The notes beneath the pieces are model-generated. The model was not told the DNA's origin. It made no database searches and saw only the letters and a list, made by a program, of their open reading frames with translations. The position numbers and the translations under genes are program-made. From Alphaproteobacteria bacterium (GTDB taxonomy: Bacteria; Pseudomonadota; Alphaproteobacteria; Micavibrionales; SZUA-601): a stretch of 64,000 nucleotides of DNA. Shown piece by piece: positions 1-10,596 of the stretch (positions are counted from its first letter, which is position 1; every line of letters starts with the position of its first letter). Where the stretch lies: contig OZ244156.1 of the NCBI GenBank assembly GCA_965216395.1, positions 1,331,153 through 1,395,152 on the forward strand, read 5' to 3'.

Positions 1-976
1 CGGCAATATCACTGCGAATAAATTCGGCACGATTTTTTAAACCACCAGAACGGCTTGGAAACTTTTCATTAAATATTTCAATTTTTACAGCCAAACCACA
101 TAATACCGCGCCTAAATTCGTATGACTGGCCATCAAATTCCTTTTCAGCAACTGATATGTTTGGGCATCCACTTTTTCCCAAAATTCATTAAATGATGTT
201 CTAAAGAAACTAAGACGTTTTTGAATTGAACTAATAATAACACGCAGATTGCGTTCCGTTTGTTTGCATAAATTCATCACATCTTTATCTTGACGCAGTT
301 GACTATTTGTTGAAATTTCATTCATCCACATAATCATGTCTTTTACATCAGGAACCAACTGCTTTAAATTATTCTCAAAATAAGCAATAGACAGATACAT
401 ATCACCGCAATCTTCGATAAATTTTGGTAATTCATCAATATCTATATTCATATCTTGTGACATGGATTTCATATTTTGCAAAGCATGTCTTCTTTTTTCA
501 ACCGACATATTATTCAAAGAGTTTGTCGAATTATCTTCTGTGAATTTTTCACCATATAATTTCTTTAATAGCGGACTGGTAAATTCTTGCATTGCATCCG
601 CCAGTTCTAAAAGCTTTTCATCGGAAAGAGAGAGCGCTTCGGCAGAATTGACATCTACCCCTAAATTTCTTAAATGAATACGTAGCGAATACACGTCAAA
701 ACTGCGCAGAGTTGAAAGCTTATTTAAAACCGCCCGATCTGCAGCCAATTCATTTTTATAAGAGGGAAAAACTTCGTTTAAATCATTAAGCGACACTTGG
801 CCACTGCCGGTATCTTTATCACGAAATATCTCTAAAACCGATTCAAGGCGCGCATTTTTAATCATAACACCGTTCAATAAACCGGGCGTTTTAAGTGGCA
901 TCGTCGCAAGCGGCAAGACATGGAGCGAATCTCGATCCACATTTTCAATAATTTTATCACTGTTATTTTTAGTCAT
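1..976 (-). CDS. hypothetical protein; the C-terminal part runs off the window edge (about 325 N-terminal aa present)
   Basis: Manual minus-strand translation from the ATG at 976-974 (MTKNNSDKIIENVDRDSLHVLPLATMPLKTPGLLNGV...) stays open down to position 1. It is absent from the ORF track because no stop lies in the window. No family motif recognised. Confidence 0.55.
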   Translation of the reverse strand, partial: MTKNNSDKIIENVDRDSLHVLPLATMPLKTPGLLNGVMIKNARLESVLEIFRDKDTGSGQVSLNDLNEVFPSYKNELAADRAVLNKLSTLRSFDVYSLRIHLRNLGVDVNSAEALSLSDEKLLELADAMQEFTSPLLKKLYGEKFTEDNSTNSLNNMSVEKRRHALQNMKSMSQDMNIDIDELPKFIEDCGDMYLSIAYFENNLKQLVPDVKDMIMWMNEISTNSQLRQDKDVMNLCKQTERNLRVIISSIQKRLSFFRTSFNEFWEKVDAQTYQLLKRNLMASHTNLGAVLCGLAVKIEIFNEKFPSRSGGLKNRAEFIRSDIA

Positions 977-1075
977 AAACCGCCCCCAATTATGTGCCCC
1001 TCACTTTAATTTTCCCTATTATACGCTATATTTCGTAAATATAAAGCAAAATAAGCATTAGAAGAAAGTTTAATA

Positions 1076-1282
1076 TTATCTTTCTTTTTTAAGACGTTTA
1101 ACAAATCTTTTATTACAATACGGGCATTCCACCTGTAATGTTTTTTTATCGATGGTTAAATAAACACGCGGATGACCCAATGCCCCGATTCCGCCGTCAC
1201 AAAATGTTCGGTCTTCTTTAATATATGCGGTTTCGGGCACGGATAATTTATGTATCTTAGTCATAGCAAAATTATAATGCAT
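1076..1282 (-). CDS. zinc-finger (zf-CHCC-like) domain protein
   Basis: 68-aa ORF with the motif GHPRVYLTIDKKTLQVECPYCNKRF, typical of small alphaproteobacterial CHCC zinc-finger proteins (NDUFS6-like C-terminus). The start may instead be the internal Met at 1264 (MTKIHK). Confidence 0.55.
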   Translation of the reverse strand: MHYNFAMTKIHKLSVPETAYIKEDRTFCDGGIGALGHPRVYLTIDKKTLQVECPYCNKRFVKRLKKER

Positions 1283-1358
1283 GAATTAAGTTAGTAAAAG
1301 CTGAAAATCTTGACCGCGTCCTCAAATTACCGTAAACAACATAATATTATTTTTTTAA

Positions 1359-1435
<77 letters not shown>

Positions 1436-1451
1436 TTTTTCTAAAAAGCCA

Positions 1452-1479
1452 TTGACATAAATAAAAATATTATTAATAT
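1452..1479 (+). promoter_or_regulatory. candidate sigma70-type promoter (TTGACA-N16-TAATAT) upstream of ORF 1510
   Basis: Exact TTGACA at 1452-1457 and TAATAT at 1474-1479. In AT-rich DNA such matches can arise by chance. Confidence 0.3.
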
Positions 1480-1509
1480 AATTTTATGTATATATAAAAA
1501 GGTAATCCT

Positions 1510-2022
1510 ATGCAGTTAAAATTCTATAAAGTCTATGACGATAAAGGCGCGATTATGCTGCAAACATCCTATGCGATTACGAAAGCTGTTCAAGAGTCAA
1601 CATCAGGCTTTAAGGCACAAAAAAAACTTGCCTGTGACCTAGATAAATTACAAAAAAAACATGGCGGTATCAAAACATTAAGCCTTTTCAAAATAAAGGA
1701 AAATAAGCTTATGTTAACAATATTTAATAATTATAGTTATGGCCTATTTAGTGAAAATGGCGATCTCGTCACAGAGCTGACAAAAGATGTTAATCAACTT
1801 ACAAAAAATAAAGATAAATACGAGGAATATTTTAATTATCGATTAGAAGATAATTCACCAAAATTCTATGAAAAACCTACAAAACCTGGTATTGGAATTT
1901 CAGGCATCTTATTGGGACAAGAAAAAATGATGAAAATGGTTGATAATATGTCGGAGTATTTTGATAAGCGGAATGTAGAGATGAGACAAAGACCAAAAAT
2001 ACTTTTTGTGGCTATCAAATAA
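1510..2022 (+). CDS. hypothetical protein (170 aa)
   Basis: ORF track entry, preceded by aaaaaggtaatcct (weak SD). No recognisable motif. Confidence 0.5.
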   Translation: MQLKFYKVYDDKGAIMLQTSYAITKAVQESTSGFKAQKKLACDLDKLQKKHGGIKTLSLFKIKENKLMLTIFNNYSYGLFSENGDLVTELTKDVNQLTKNKDKYEEYFNYRLEDNSPKFYEKPTKPGIGISGILLGQEKMMKMVDNMSEYFDKRNVEMRQRPKILFVAIK

Positions 2023-2172
2023 TTGCGATCAAACGGCACTATCTTATAGAAATGTATTTTAGTAAATTAATAGCGTCAAGCTGATCCGGCAGGATAGATC
2101 CATGCAATAAAAAATATAGTTGCAAAGCATGGTTTACGTGCTTATCTTTAGATAAAACTAAAAAGAGAAAAA

Positions 2173-2637
2173 ATGCGCTATTTAATATATATATTAGGTA
2201 TTGTTTTGTTAGCGACCCTACCTGTTCATGCCGAAACCAACACGATCACCATGCCAAAAACGGGCTGGCCCAGTGATTATGAGCTTATCCGAGCGGAAGA
2301 GCTTTTTGCGCAAGGACGTTTAGAGGATTCATTAGATGTTTTAGAGGAAGTTTTGGAACGAAATATTGAATCCATCAATGCGCATGCTCTAAGTGGTTAT
2401 ATTCATTTTAAATTGAATAACATGGAGCGTGCCGAAAAACATCTTTTTTCCGTCATTGATCTTGATCCACGCCATATGGGCGCCCATCTGTATTTAGCAG
2501 AAATGGATCTTAGAAATAATAAATTACGCAAAGTTGATGAGCGTTTACAGCTCCTCAAAATGATTTGTAAAGGAACGGATTGCGCTGAGTATCAATACTT
2601 AAAACGTCAGCTATTGACCGCCAATAAAGATAAATAA
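2173..2637 (+). CDS. secreted TPR-repeat protein
   Basis: N-terminal signal peptide (MRYLIYILGIVLLATLPVHA|E). TPR-like helical repeats (AEELFAQGRLEDSLDVLEEVLERN..., AHALSGYIHFKLNNMERAEKHL..., AHLYLAEMDLRNNK). Confidence 0.6.
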   Translation: MRYLIYILGIVLLATLPVHAETNTITMPKTGWPSDYELIRAEELFAQGRLEDSLDVLEEVLERNIESINAHALSGYIHFKLNNMERAEKHLFSVIDLDPRHMGAHLYLAEMDLRNNKLRKVDERLQLLKMICKGTDCAEYQYLKRQLLTANKDK

Positions 2638-2639
2638 TT

Positions 2640-3458
2640 TTAAGCTATTGCTGATTGACAATTTTGCTGTACGTGACACGTTTCTTTATTATGCATCATA
2701 AGATAGGCTTTCAAATTAGGGATTAATGTTAAAGACTGATACTGATGAAATCCCATCTCTTTTTGCGGTTCAACAACATAAAGATGGTCGCCCGCCCCGG
2801 TTTGCATTTGATCCAAAATATCTTTGATAATTTGTCCTTCTAAACGATCAATAAAAATCGGTATACCCGCCATACGACAAGCAATGGCTGTACCCAGCAT
2901 TGCACAAAAATCATAACCACCATATTGTTTCAAAACCTCCAATGCCGAAAGTTTACCATGTAAACCTTTATGCACAATTTGTGCTGAATTCTCTGCACCA
3001 GCAGAAACACTCTGCATAACGATTAAATCAATCCCCGGCTCAACCGCCATCATTCCATAGGTGATCGCCCGCGCCGCATCTTCTTCATTCATGGCTGACT
3101 TTACACGCCCATCATGGGTCGGATTTTCAACATCCAATTCATAAACACGCAATTCTGAATCAATTAATGAACATAATTGATTGAAGATCGTTTTTCCCGA
3201 CGCAATCAAACTCAATTCTTGTTGTGTTTCCAAAACAGAATTTTCGTAAATGCCATGTGAAGAGGCATAAAGACATAAACGCACGCGTGATAATTTCACC
3301 TTATCTTTGTCATTAACTTGCCATGCCTTCACGTGATCCGCCATATGTTTAAGAAATGACTTTTCTTGTGGACATTCCAGACATGGATGAGTCTTCTGTT
3401 GTGGAAAATGTTGCAACATCTCTGCAATTTCTGTCAATGTCACGGTTTGTTTTGTCAT
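2640..3458 (-). CDS. divergent CobT-like (nicotinate-nucleotide:dimethylbenzimidazole phosphoribosyltransferase family) protein
   Basis: Blocks align by eye to CobT: YASSHGI (cf. FAGDHGV), SAMNEEDAARAITYG (cf. PAMTxEqaxxAxxxG), LKQYGGYDFCAMLGTAIACRMAGIPIFIDR (cf. LrklGGfEIAAmaGaxLgAAxxriPVlvDG). The GEMGIGNTT loop is replaced by MQSVSAGAEN. Confidence 0.5.
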   Translation of the reverse strand: MTKQTVTLTEIAEMLQHFPQQKTHPCLECPQEKSFLKHMADHVKAWQVNDKDKVKLSRVRLCLYASSHGIYENSVLETQQELSLIASGKTIFNQLCSLIDSELRVYELDVENPTHDGRVKSAMNEEDAARAITYGMMAVEPGIDLIVMQSVSAGAENSAQIVHKGLHGKLSALEVLKQYGGYDFCAMLGTAIACRMAGIPIFIDRLEGQIIKDILDQMQTGAGDHLYVVEPQKEMGFHQYQSLTLIPNLKAYLMMHNKETCHVQQNCQSAIA

Positions 3459-3461
3459 GTT

Positions 3462-4481
3462 CTAAAATCCTATTGATAAAAACAAAGCCATAGAGAAAAA
3501 CAGAATCATCATAAAACAACAAAGATAATGAATAACCATAGCTTGACGTAAATGAGCCTTATTTAATTTTGCAGAAGCGCCGGCGTTTTCAATCCAAATT
3601 TTATTTTCACAAGGTAGGGCGATGTGAAGCCCACCTGCCAAACTAGCAACAGCCCACGCATTATTAAAATCATGATATTTATAAGATTGCTTGATGACAG
3701 ATTTTATCGCAGAGAGTGGCTTTAACTTTGGCACAAAAAACATCACAATCCATAACAATACACCGGATAAACGTCCTGGAATATAGCCAACAAGATGCTC
3801 TATTTTTTTGAATGGATATTGAAAAGCAGTTTTGGCGTTATCTTCTAGAATGATGACGCGGTAAATTTCATTAATTGACACCGCTATAATAACAAAATCG
3901 ATTCCTGAAAAGCCAAATAATACTGGGATACAAAACCAAAATATAGGCGTCAAAAAACCGCGATTTATTGATGAAGCAACGATAAGAACACATATCCGAA
4001 TAACGGCATGGCGATCTGAGATATTTGTCAAAAAGTTTTTAGAAATATTGAATTTTTTGAATATCTCTTGAATGGTTTTTTGATCATATTTTGTTTTTTC
4101 TAGTTCTTTGGAAATTTGTGCCACCAAGGACCAAACCTTAGTATAACCTATACAAGAAAACAGTATCAAAAATGTAATCAGCTGATCATACTGGGTTTGT
4201 TTCATTGCGTAATGAATAAGAAGCACTAAAGAAAAAACGAGCATTAATAAAAAACATATTGCCAAAATACCACGAAACAAGAGGTCATTTTTGGTTCGAT
4301 GTGTTCGATTCATTTTTCTTTTTACAACACCAGCGATATAAGAAACAATCCCTCCCAATGATGGAATACAATCACGAAAGCTGGGCAGCAAAAGACGCGT
4401 TGCTACGTCAAAAAGAATAACCGTCATTAATACGGTTAATTCAAATTCAATGGGCTGTAAAAGATTCAAAAAATCAAACAT
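3462..4481 (-). CDS. divergent CobD/CbiB-family integral membrane protein
   Basis: Polytopic membrane protein of 339 aa. The C-terminal block NNAWAVASLAGGLHIALPCEN resembles the CbiB motif SPNAGwpeaAmAGALgvrLGGp. Located immediately upstream of the CobT-like gene on the same strand (3-nt gap). Confidence 0.5.
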   Translation of the reverse strand: MFDFLNLLQPIEFELTVLMTVILFDVATRLLLPSFRDCIPSLGGIVSYIAGVVKRKMNRTHRTKNDLLFRGILAICFLLMLVFSLVLLIHYAMKQTQYDQLITFLILFSCIGYTKVWSLVAQISKELEKTKYDQKTIQEIFKKFNISKNFLTNISDRHAVIRICVLIVASSINRGFLTPIFWFCIPVLFGFSGIDFVIIAVSINEIYRVIILEDNAKTAFQYPFKKIEHLVGYIPGRLSGVLLWIVMFFVPKLKPLSAIKSVIKQSYKYHDFNNAWAVASLAGGLHIALPCENKIWIENAGASAKLNKAHLRQAMVIHYLCCFMMILFFSMALFLSIGF

Positions 4482-4568
4482 TATACCAACAGCATAAACC
4501 GATTTAATATTTTTGTCATCAGTGCTTTTTAATAGTCAACTGTCGTAAAAAGACGTAAACTATGCCTT

Positions 4569-5267
4569 ATGAGAAAAACTATTTCACCCATAGAAATATC
4601 GGGTATCGATTATCCGATTTCAATCAAAAAAAATGCACGCTCAAAACGTTTAACAATGCGTGTGGATCCGTATAAGGGCATTATCAATGTAACAACACCC
4701 AAACGCGTTTCCAAACGCAAAGTGATTTCTTTTATTCTGGAACATCAAGAATGGCTTGCAAAACAACATCAAAGCTTAAAAGGTCCCATTTCATTTGACG
4801 AAGGCGCCATCATCCCCATAAAAGGCAAAGCATTTACTATTCAACATATTGAAAAACGGGGTATTTATATTGAAAAACAAAGAACATATCTGATTGTTTC
4901 ATGTCCCAAACTCCGTCTTAAAAGCGCCATTAAACGTTATCTTAAAGAACAAGCACGTAAAACGCTGACAAAGCTTGCACAGGAAAAAGCAACACAAATT
5001 GATAAATCAATCGCTAATATCAGTATAAAAGATACCAAGACACGATGGGGGAGTTGTTCTAGTAAAAATAATCTCAATTTTTCATGGCGTATTATCATGG
5101 CGCCTGACTATGTGATTGATTATTTAGTCGCGCATGAAGTGGCACATTTACAACATATGAACCATTCAAAAGCATTTTGGGATTTATGCTTTACTTTGTC
5201 AAAAGATGGAAGCCAGGGCAAAAAATGGCTGCGCACCCATGGATCAGAATTACAGCGTTATGGCTGA
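4569..5267 (+). CDS. YgjP-like (DUF45/M48-related) metal-dependent hydrolase
   Basis: RWGSCSSKNNLNFSWRIIMAPDYVIDYLVAHEVAHLQHMNHSKAFW is the characteristic YgjP block containing HExxH. Confidence 0.8.
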   Translation: MRKTISPIEISGIDYPISIKKNARSKRLTMRVDPYKGIINVTTPKRVSKRKVISFILEHQEWLAKQHQSLKGPISFDEGAIIPIKGKAFTIQHIEKRGIYIEKQRTYLIVSCPKLRLKSAIKRYLKEQARKTLTKLAQEKATQIDKSIANISIKDTKTRWGSCSSKNNLNFSWRIIMAPDYVIDYLVAHEVAHLQHMNHSKAFWDLCFTLSKDGSQGKKWLRTHGSELQRYG

Positions 5268-6766
5268 AGATCACTTTTATTTTTATCGATATTCTCTTCA
5301 TTATTTTTTGTTTGAATTTGCTGTGAGAATCTTTTGAAATCATCATATAATCTTTGACTGTTTTTAAAGATATCTTCATCAAAATCTTTTCCCGATTCTT
5401 CGAGAACATTTTTAACTGTATGAATAAATTTTTCACTCATTTCTGTTAAACTATTATCTTCATCAAAGGACTGAAGATGGGTTACAACATCATTGAGAGT
5501 AAAAATAAGATTGTGTAAATCGACACTTTTATGCTTTTTAATGTTTTCTATCAAATAATATAAATATGAATCCTTTTTGTAATCTGCGTATAATTGACTT
5601 GGCCTACGGTCTGATTGCATTTCTTTAATCTTACTTTCTAAGGAATCAATCTCATAGCAAATCAAAAATTTAATAAGGTCAATTTCATCTAAAAGATTTT
5701 CATCTGGTGATTCATAATCTTCTTGTAAATCATCTACAGCATACCCAACATTTGAATCATTCTTTAAATTATCCTCGCTCTCGCGTGTGAATAATTCGTC
5801 ATTATTGAAAAGCTTTGTTCCAAGATTATTAATCTGATAAATATTTTTGTATGCTTCATCTAACTGTTGATCTCTTTTATCAAGAATATCTTCACCATCA
5901 TCAAATTGCATGAATTTATAGTTTTCAAAAACACAATCTGGATCCCGAATTTGACACCCATAAGCAATAGCCTCTAAGACTGTTTTTTCATCATAATTTA
6001 AACCATGTGAGTCGTTTATTATTGTATTTATGAAAGGTTTCGCCCATTGTGATTTTTCAAAATATTCATCAATTGAGTGATAACTTTTATGAAATTTATC
6101 GATATCATCGAGTTCTTGCAAAACATTCGTCGCTGCTTTTTGAATTAGGCGCGCATTGGACAAAAAATGTGCTGGATATAGATGTAGAAGTTCAGGACTG
6201 AAATCATTCAAATCGCGATCTGAACAAACATCGAAAGTACATTCATAAAAACAGTCATCTTCGTTAGATTTGCCAAAATAATCAGAAAACTTATCGACCA
6301 TACGATAAAGCTCTTTATATGTAACGGCGTTTTTAACAAAGATATTAATATTGATATTATCAGAATCCATATAACCGCGGTAAAAATCTTCATTTACCAA
6401 AGAGCCCAAAACACGACATGGCTGCTCAATAGAAAAGGCCCCATCACTATCCATTGTACAAAAGGCAAAGCCGTTAAACTGGGTCGCATAGAGAATTGAA
6501 CTTAATTTTTTCTTGTTTTTTTCATTTTTAAAAAAAGTTTCTATTTCTTTTTTGCTTTTTAAATCACTGACCTTGGTTATTAAACCTTCAATAATTGGAT
6601 CAATAATATTCGCATAATCAAACTCAATACCCTCTTCTTCCAGAGGTACAAAAAAGCTAGGTTGATCAGAGCGAAATTGTGAATGCAGCATACTTAATGC
6701 TGCTAAGATATCGCTATGATATGAGTTATAATGCATTCGATCTCCCTGCTCACTTTTATAAAACAC
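5258..6766 (-). CDS. hypothetical acidic protein (502 aa; the start may be Met11 at 6736)
   Basis: Long uninterrupted ORF in AT-rich DNA, rich in D/E/N/K, with no signal peptide or known motif. Its 3' end overlaps the convergent ygjP-like stop by 10 nt. Confidence 0.6.
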   Translation of the reverse strand: MFYKSEQGDRMHYNSYHSDILAALSMLHSQFRSDQPSFFVPLEEEGIEFDYANIIDPIIEGLITKVSDLKSKKEIETFFKNEKNKKKLSSILYATQFNGFAFCTMDSDGAFSIEQPCRVLGSLVNEDFYRGYMDSDNININIFVKNAVTYKELYRMVDKFSDYFGKSNEDDCFYECTFDVCSDRDLNDFSPELLHLYPAHFLSNARLIQKAATNVLQELDDIDKFHKSYHSIDEYFEKSQWAKPFINTIINDSHGLNYDEKTVLEAIAYGCQIRDPDCVFENYKFMQFDDGEDILDKRDQQLDEAYKNIYQINNLGTKLFNNDELFTRESEDNLKNDSNVGYAVDDLQEDYESPDENLLDEIDLIKFLICYEIDSLESKIKEMQSDRRPSQLYADYKKDSYLYYLIENIKKHKSVDLHNLIFTLNDVVTHLQSFDEDNSLTEMSEKFIHTVKNVLEESGKDFDEDIFKNSQRLYDDFKRFSQQIQTKNNEENIDKNKSDLQP

Positions 6767-6815
6767 ATAAATTTATGCTCTTGCAAGTCGAAATATGAAA
6801 AAGCTTTATATTTTT

Positions 6816-8147
6816 TTATAAAGAACGTCGGATATAGGTATAAAAACCAATACCAGCGATCAAATTCGCCAAAAAGACAGCTGTATAGATTGCTTTCAAA
6901 CCAAACCAATATTGCCCCAACATCGCGAATGGAATTGTCAGTAATAAAAATTGCGCGATGGGAATTAACAAAGCTTTACGTGGTTGACGCGTTGAATTTA
7001 AGTAAGAGGCGGTCACATAGATTAAGCCAACGAAAGCATAACTAAGCGGCACAATTGAAAAATAAGTCTTAGCATGATCAATCGTCAAAAGATTATCAGA
7101 AAACAATCGAATAATATAATAATCCGCCAAAGCTAAAAAACCTGCGACAAACAAACCCCATATCACATTAAATTTTGTCACAAGAAGAACGGCTGAACGA
7201 ATACGATGATATTTTTCTGCGCCATAATTTTGTCCTATAAAAGGAGACAACGCCGCAGAAGAACCAAAAAATGGGACATAGAGTAACAATTCAATGCGTG
7301 AGACAACTCCATAAGCTGCGACGGCTTCACTCCCGTAACGGGCAATCATTGAGGTTAGGAAAATAGCCGTCACAGGCGGAACAATGCTGGCCGTAGCGGC
7401 AGGGATAGCCGTATGCAAAATTGAGCGTATCGATTGTTTAAAACCCAAAACCCATTCTTTGGCGATATCAAAAATCATAAATTTGTGGATTAAATTATAT
7501 GAAACATAACAAAAACCCGTCAATCGCGCGATAATTGTAGCGATAGCGGCGCCATTCATACCCAATTCTGGCGCCCCGAAAAGCCCAAAAATTAAAACAG
7601 GGTCGAGAACGGCATTCATCAGCGCCGCAATGAGCATAGCAATCGCAGGAACCATCGTATTACCATGGGCGCGCATGACACTGTTACCAATCAACGGCGG
7701 AACAAGAGAAACAAGACCAAAAAATGACAAAAACATATATTTTTTGAGTAAATCATATAAATCAATCGGCACACCTAAATATTGAAAAATTAAATCAATA
7801 CTTAAATAACTCAGTAAAGAAAAAACTGTTACAATGGAAAATGTAATGATAATCGCGTGTACACCAACACGTTTGGCTTTAAGATACTCCCCCTTGCCAA
7901 TAATGCGTGAAACAACAACGGTTGTGGCCACACCAAAACCTAATATGATTGAATCAATTGTTGAAATAATCGGAATAGCAAAACCAACCGCCGCCAGCTC
8001 TTTTTCACCGATTTGAGCAATAAAAAATACGTCAACCAGCATAAAGAACAAAATAAAAAAGATCCCAAAAATCATGGGAATCCCTAATTTTAAGAGAATA
8101 TGCGGAATGGAATCAACAAGTAAATTGGGGGTTTTCTTCATAGCCAA
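6816..8147 (-). CDS. MATE-family multidrug/toxin efflux transporter
   Basis: 443 aa with about 12 predicted TM helices. Typical MATE blocks (AQIGEKELAAVGFAIPI, ALSPFIGQNYGA, NAVLDPVLIFG). Confidence 0.85.
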   Translation of the reverse strand: MAMKKTPNLLVDSIPHILLKLGIPMIFGIFFILFFMLVDVFFIAQIGEKELAAVGFAIPIISTIDSIILGFGVATTVVVSRIIGKGEYLKAKRVGVHAIIITFSIVTVFSLLSYLSIDLIFQYLGVPIDLYDLLKKYMFLSFFGLVSLVPPLIGNSVMRAHGNTMVPAIAMLIAALMNAVLDPVLIFGLFGAPELGMNGAAIATIIARLTGFCYVSYNLIHKFMIFDIAKEWVLGFKQSIRSILHTAIPAATASIVPPVTAIFLTSMIARYGSEAVAAYGVVSRIELLLYVPFFGSSAALSPFIGQNYGAEKYHRIRSAVLLVTKFNVIWGLFVAGFLALADYYIIRLFSDNLLTIDHAKTYFSIVPLSYAFVGLIYVTASYLNSTRQPRKALLIPIAQFLLLTIPFAMLGQYWFGLKAIYTAVFLANLIAGIGFYTYIRRSL

Positions 8148-8253
8148 TTCTTATATTATATAGTGATATGGAATAATAGCGTTAACGGTATAGCAATTTA
8201 TCACATTTATATATCAGTTATTGCGTTTTATAATTAACTAAATTAAATATATT

Positions 8254-9012
8254 ATGATGACATCTTTTATTGAAACATTAAAAAAATGGTTTGCTTTACC
8301 CGATGACGGATGGGGTGTTTACTTCCAAGAATCAGCATCGCCCGTAATGGATCAGGTTACTGATTTCCATGGTATGTTACTTGTGATTATTAGTTGTATT
8401 GTCCTTTTTGTGACCGCTTTGATGATCATCACATTGTGGAAATTTCGTGCCTCAAAAAATCCAAAACCCAGTAAAACAACACATAATACTCTGCTTGAAA
8501 TTATCTGGACAATTGTTCCAGGGCTCATCTTGGTCATCATTATTATTCCATCGATTAAAATGCTTTATTTCATGGACCGTACCGCAGAACCAGACATGAC
8601 CCTCAATGTGACTGGATATCAATGGTATTGGGGATTTGAATACCCCGATCATGACGAAATTTCGTTTCTTTCTTATATGATACCTGATGAAGAGATTGAT
8701 CCCAGTAAAGGTCAAAAAAGGTTGCTCTCCGTTGACAACCCCGTTTATCTTCCCGTTGATACAAATATTCGCATTAATGTGACAGCAGCGGATGTCTTGC
8801 ATTCCTTTGCAATGCCCGCTTTTGGTATTAAAACGGATGCTGTACCTGGTCGTCTTAATGAAACATGGGTGCGGATCACAAAAGAAGGCACATATTACGG
8901 CCAATGTTCTGAATTATGCGGCAAATATCACGGATATATGCCGACAGAAATTAGAGCCGTTTCTCAACAAGAATTTGAAAACTGGATTGCAGAAAAAAAG
9001 AAGGATTTATAA
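8254..9012 (+). CDS. coxB: cytochrome c oxidase subunit II
   Basis: CuA centre motif HSFAMPAFGIKTDAVPGRLNETW...GQCSELCGKYHGYMP, with two N-terminal TM helices. Confidence 0.95.
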   Translation: MMTSFIETLKKWFALPDDGWGVYFQESASPVMDQVTDFHGMLLVIISCIVLFVTALMIITLWKFRASKNPKPSKTTHNTLLEIIWTIVPGLILVIIIIPSIKMLYFMDRTAEPDMTLNVTGYQWYWGFEYPDHDEISFLSYMIPDEEIDPSKGQKRLLSVDNPVYLPVDTNIRINVTAADVLHSFAMPAFGIKTDAVPGRLNETWVRITKEGTYYGQCSELCGKYHGYMPTEIRAVSQQEFENWIAEKKKDL

Positions 9013-9015
9013 AAA

Positions 9016-10596
9016 ATGGCAGATCACAAACCAGGATTTTTTACACGTTGGTTTTGTTCTACAAACCATAAAGATATCGGCACACTCTATATCATCTTTT
9101 CTATTGTAGCAGGGATTATTGGCGGGTTTGCCTCTATGGTGATGCGCGCTGAATTAATGCATCCAGGATTACAGGTTGTTCCCGATGGGCATTTTTGGAA
9201 TGTTATGATTACCGCGCATGGTTTAATTATGGTTTTTTTCGTGGTGATGCCGGGTCTTATTGGCGGGTTTGGAAACTGGTTTGTCCCCATTATGATTGGT
9301 GCGCCCGATATGGCTTTCCCGAGGCTCAATAATGTGAGTTTTTGGCTAACGGTTGCAGCCTTTGTTATGTTGCTCATGTCTGGAGCGCAATATGTGATCA
9401 CTGGCGGAACCGGCGGTGCTGGGACAGGGTGGACACTTTACCCGCCGCTTTCAGATATTTTAGGGCACCCTGATCGATCTGTTGATATGGCGATTTTTTC
9501 TCTTCATTTGGCAGGGGCAGCCTCTATTCTAGGCGCTGCCAATTTTATTACCACAATTTTTAACATGCGCATTCCGGGTATGATTTTACACAAAATGCCC
9601 TTATTCGTTTGGGCGATGTTGGTGACAAGTTTCCTCCTTGTGATTTCCTTACCTGTATTAGGGGGGGCCATTACCATGTTATTAACTGATCGTAATTTTG
9701 GTACATCTTTCTTTACTCCCGAAGGTGGCGGAGACCCGATTCTTTTCCAACATTTATTTTGGTTCTTTGGTCATCCAGAAGTTTACATCATGATTCTGCC
9801 CGCTTTTGGCATTATCAGTCATATTGTTTCAACATTCTCCCGCAAGCCTATTTTTGGCTATTTAGGCATGGCTTATGCGATGGTGGCCATTGGTGTTGTG
9901 GGTTTTGTTGTATGGGCGCACCACATGTTTACCAGTGGTATTAATGTTGATGCCCGTGCCTATTTCACCACCGCCACCTTGATTATTGCCGTTCCAACGG
10001 GGATTAAAATTTTCTCATGGATTGCCACGATGTGGGGGGGATCGTTGCGTTTTCCGACACCTATGCTCTGGGCAATTGGTTTTATCATCCTATTTACAAT
10101 CGGCGGGGTCACCGGTGTTGTTTTGGCCAATGGCGGTATGGATGTTGTGTTACATGATACTTATTATGTTGTCGCGCATTTCCATTATGTGCTTTCACTT
10201 GGTGCTGTTTTTGCTCTTTTCGCAGGTTTTTACTATTGGATTGGCAAAATATCTGGGCGACAATATCCAGAATTTTGGGGCAAGGTGCATTTCTGGCTTA
10301 CCTTTATTGGTGTCAATGCGATCTTCTTCCCACAACATTTCCTTGGCCTACAAGGTATGCCAAGGCGTTATCCTGATTATCAGGAAGGTCTACACGGATG
10401 GAACTATGTCTCTTCGATGGGAGCTTACTTAACGGGAATTGCCACTGTTTTGTTCGTTTTCATTGCCTTATACACCATCATATGGGGTCGCAAATGCGAA
10501 GATAATCCATGGGGCGAAGGCGCAGATACTCTGGAATGGACCCTGTCATCACCGCCACCTTTCCACCAATTTGAAATTCAACCAAAGATCAAATAA
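9016..10596 (+). CDS. coxA: cytochrome c oxidase subunit I
   Basis: Hallmark blocks [26 protein letters not shown] (here [18 protein letters not shown]), [15 protein letters not shown]. Confidence 0.97.
   Translation: MADHKPGFFTRWFCSTNHKDIGTLYIIFSIVAGIIGGFASMVMRAELMHPGLQVVPDGHFWNVMITAHGLIMVFFVVMPGLIGGFGNWFVPIMIGAPDMAFPRLNNVSFWLTVAAFVMLLMSGAQYVITGGTGGAGTGWTLYPPLSDILGHPDRSVDMAIFSLHLAGAASILGAANFITTIFNMRIPGMILHKMPLFVWAMLVTSFLLVISLPVLGGAITMLLTDRNFGTSFFTPEGGGDPILFQHLFWFFGHPEVYIMILPAFGIISHIVSTFSRKPIFGYLGMAYAMVAIGVVGFVVWAHHMFTSGINVDARAYFTTATLIIAVPTGIKIFSWIATMWGGSLRFPTPMLWAIGFIILFTIGGVTGVVLANGGMDVVLHDTYYVVAHFHYVLSLGAVFALFAGFYYWIGKISGRQYPEFWGKVHFWLTFIGVNAIFFPQHFLGLQGMPRRYPDYQEGLHGWNYVSSMGAYLTGIATVLFVFIALYTIIWGRKCEDNPWGEGADTLEWTLSSPPPFHQFEIQPKIK

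Noticed and set aside
4482-4568. Cobalamin riboswitch in front of the CobD/CobT-like pair
   Set aside because: The upstream region is only 87 nt and AT-rich, lacks a B12-box-like sequence, and is shared with the divergent ygjP-like gene.
8352-10432. Antisense or alternate-frame ORFs within coxB and coxA (8452-8904, 8792-9109, 9087-9401, 9759-9944, 9986-10432)
   Set aside because: They lie entirely inside strongly supported oxidase subunit genes and have no motifs. They are shadow ORFs.
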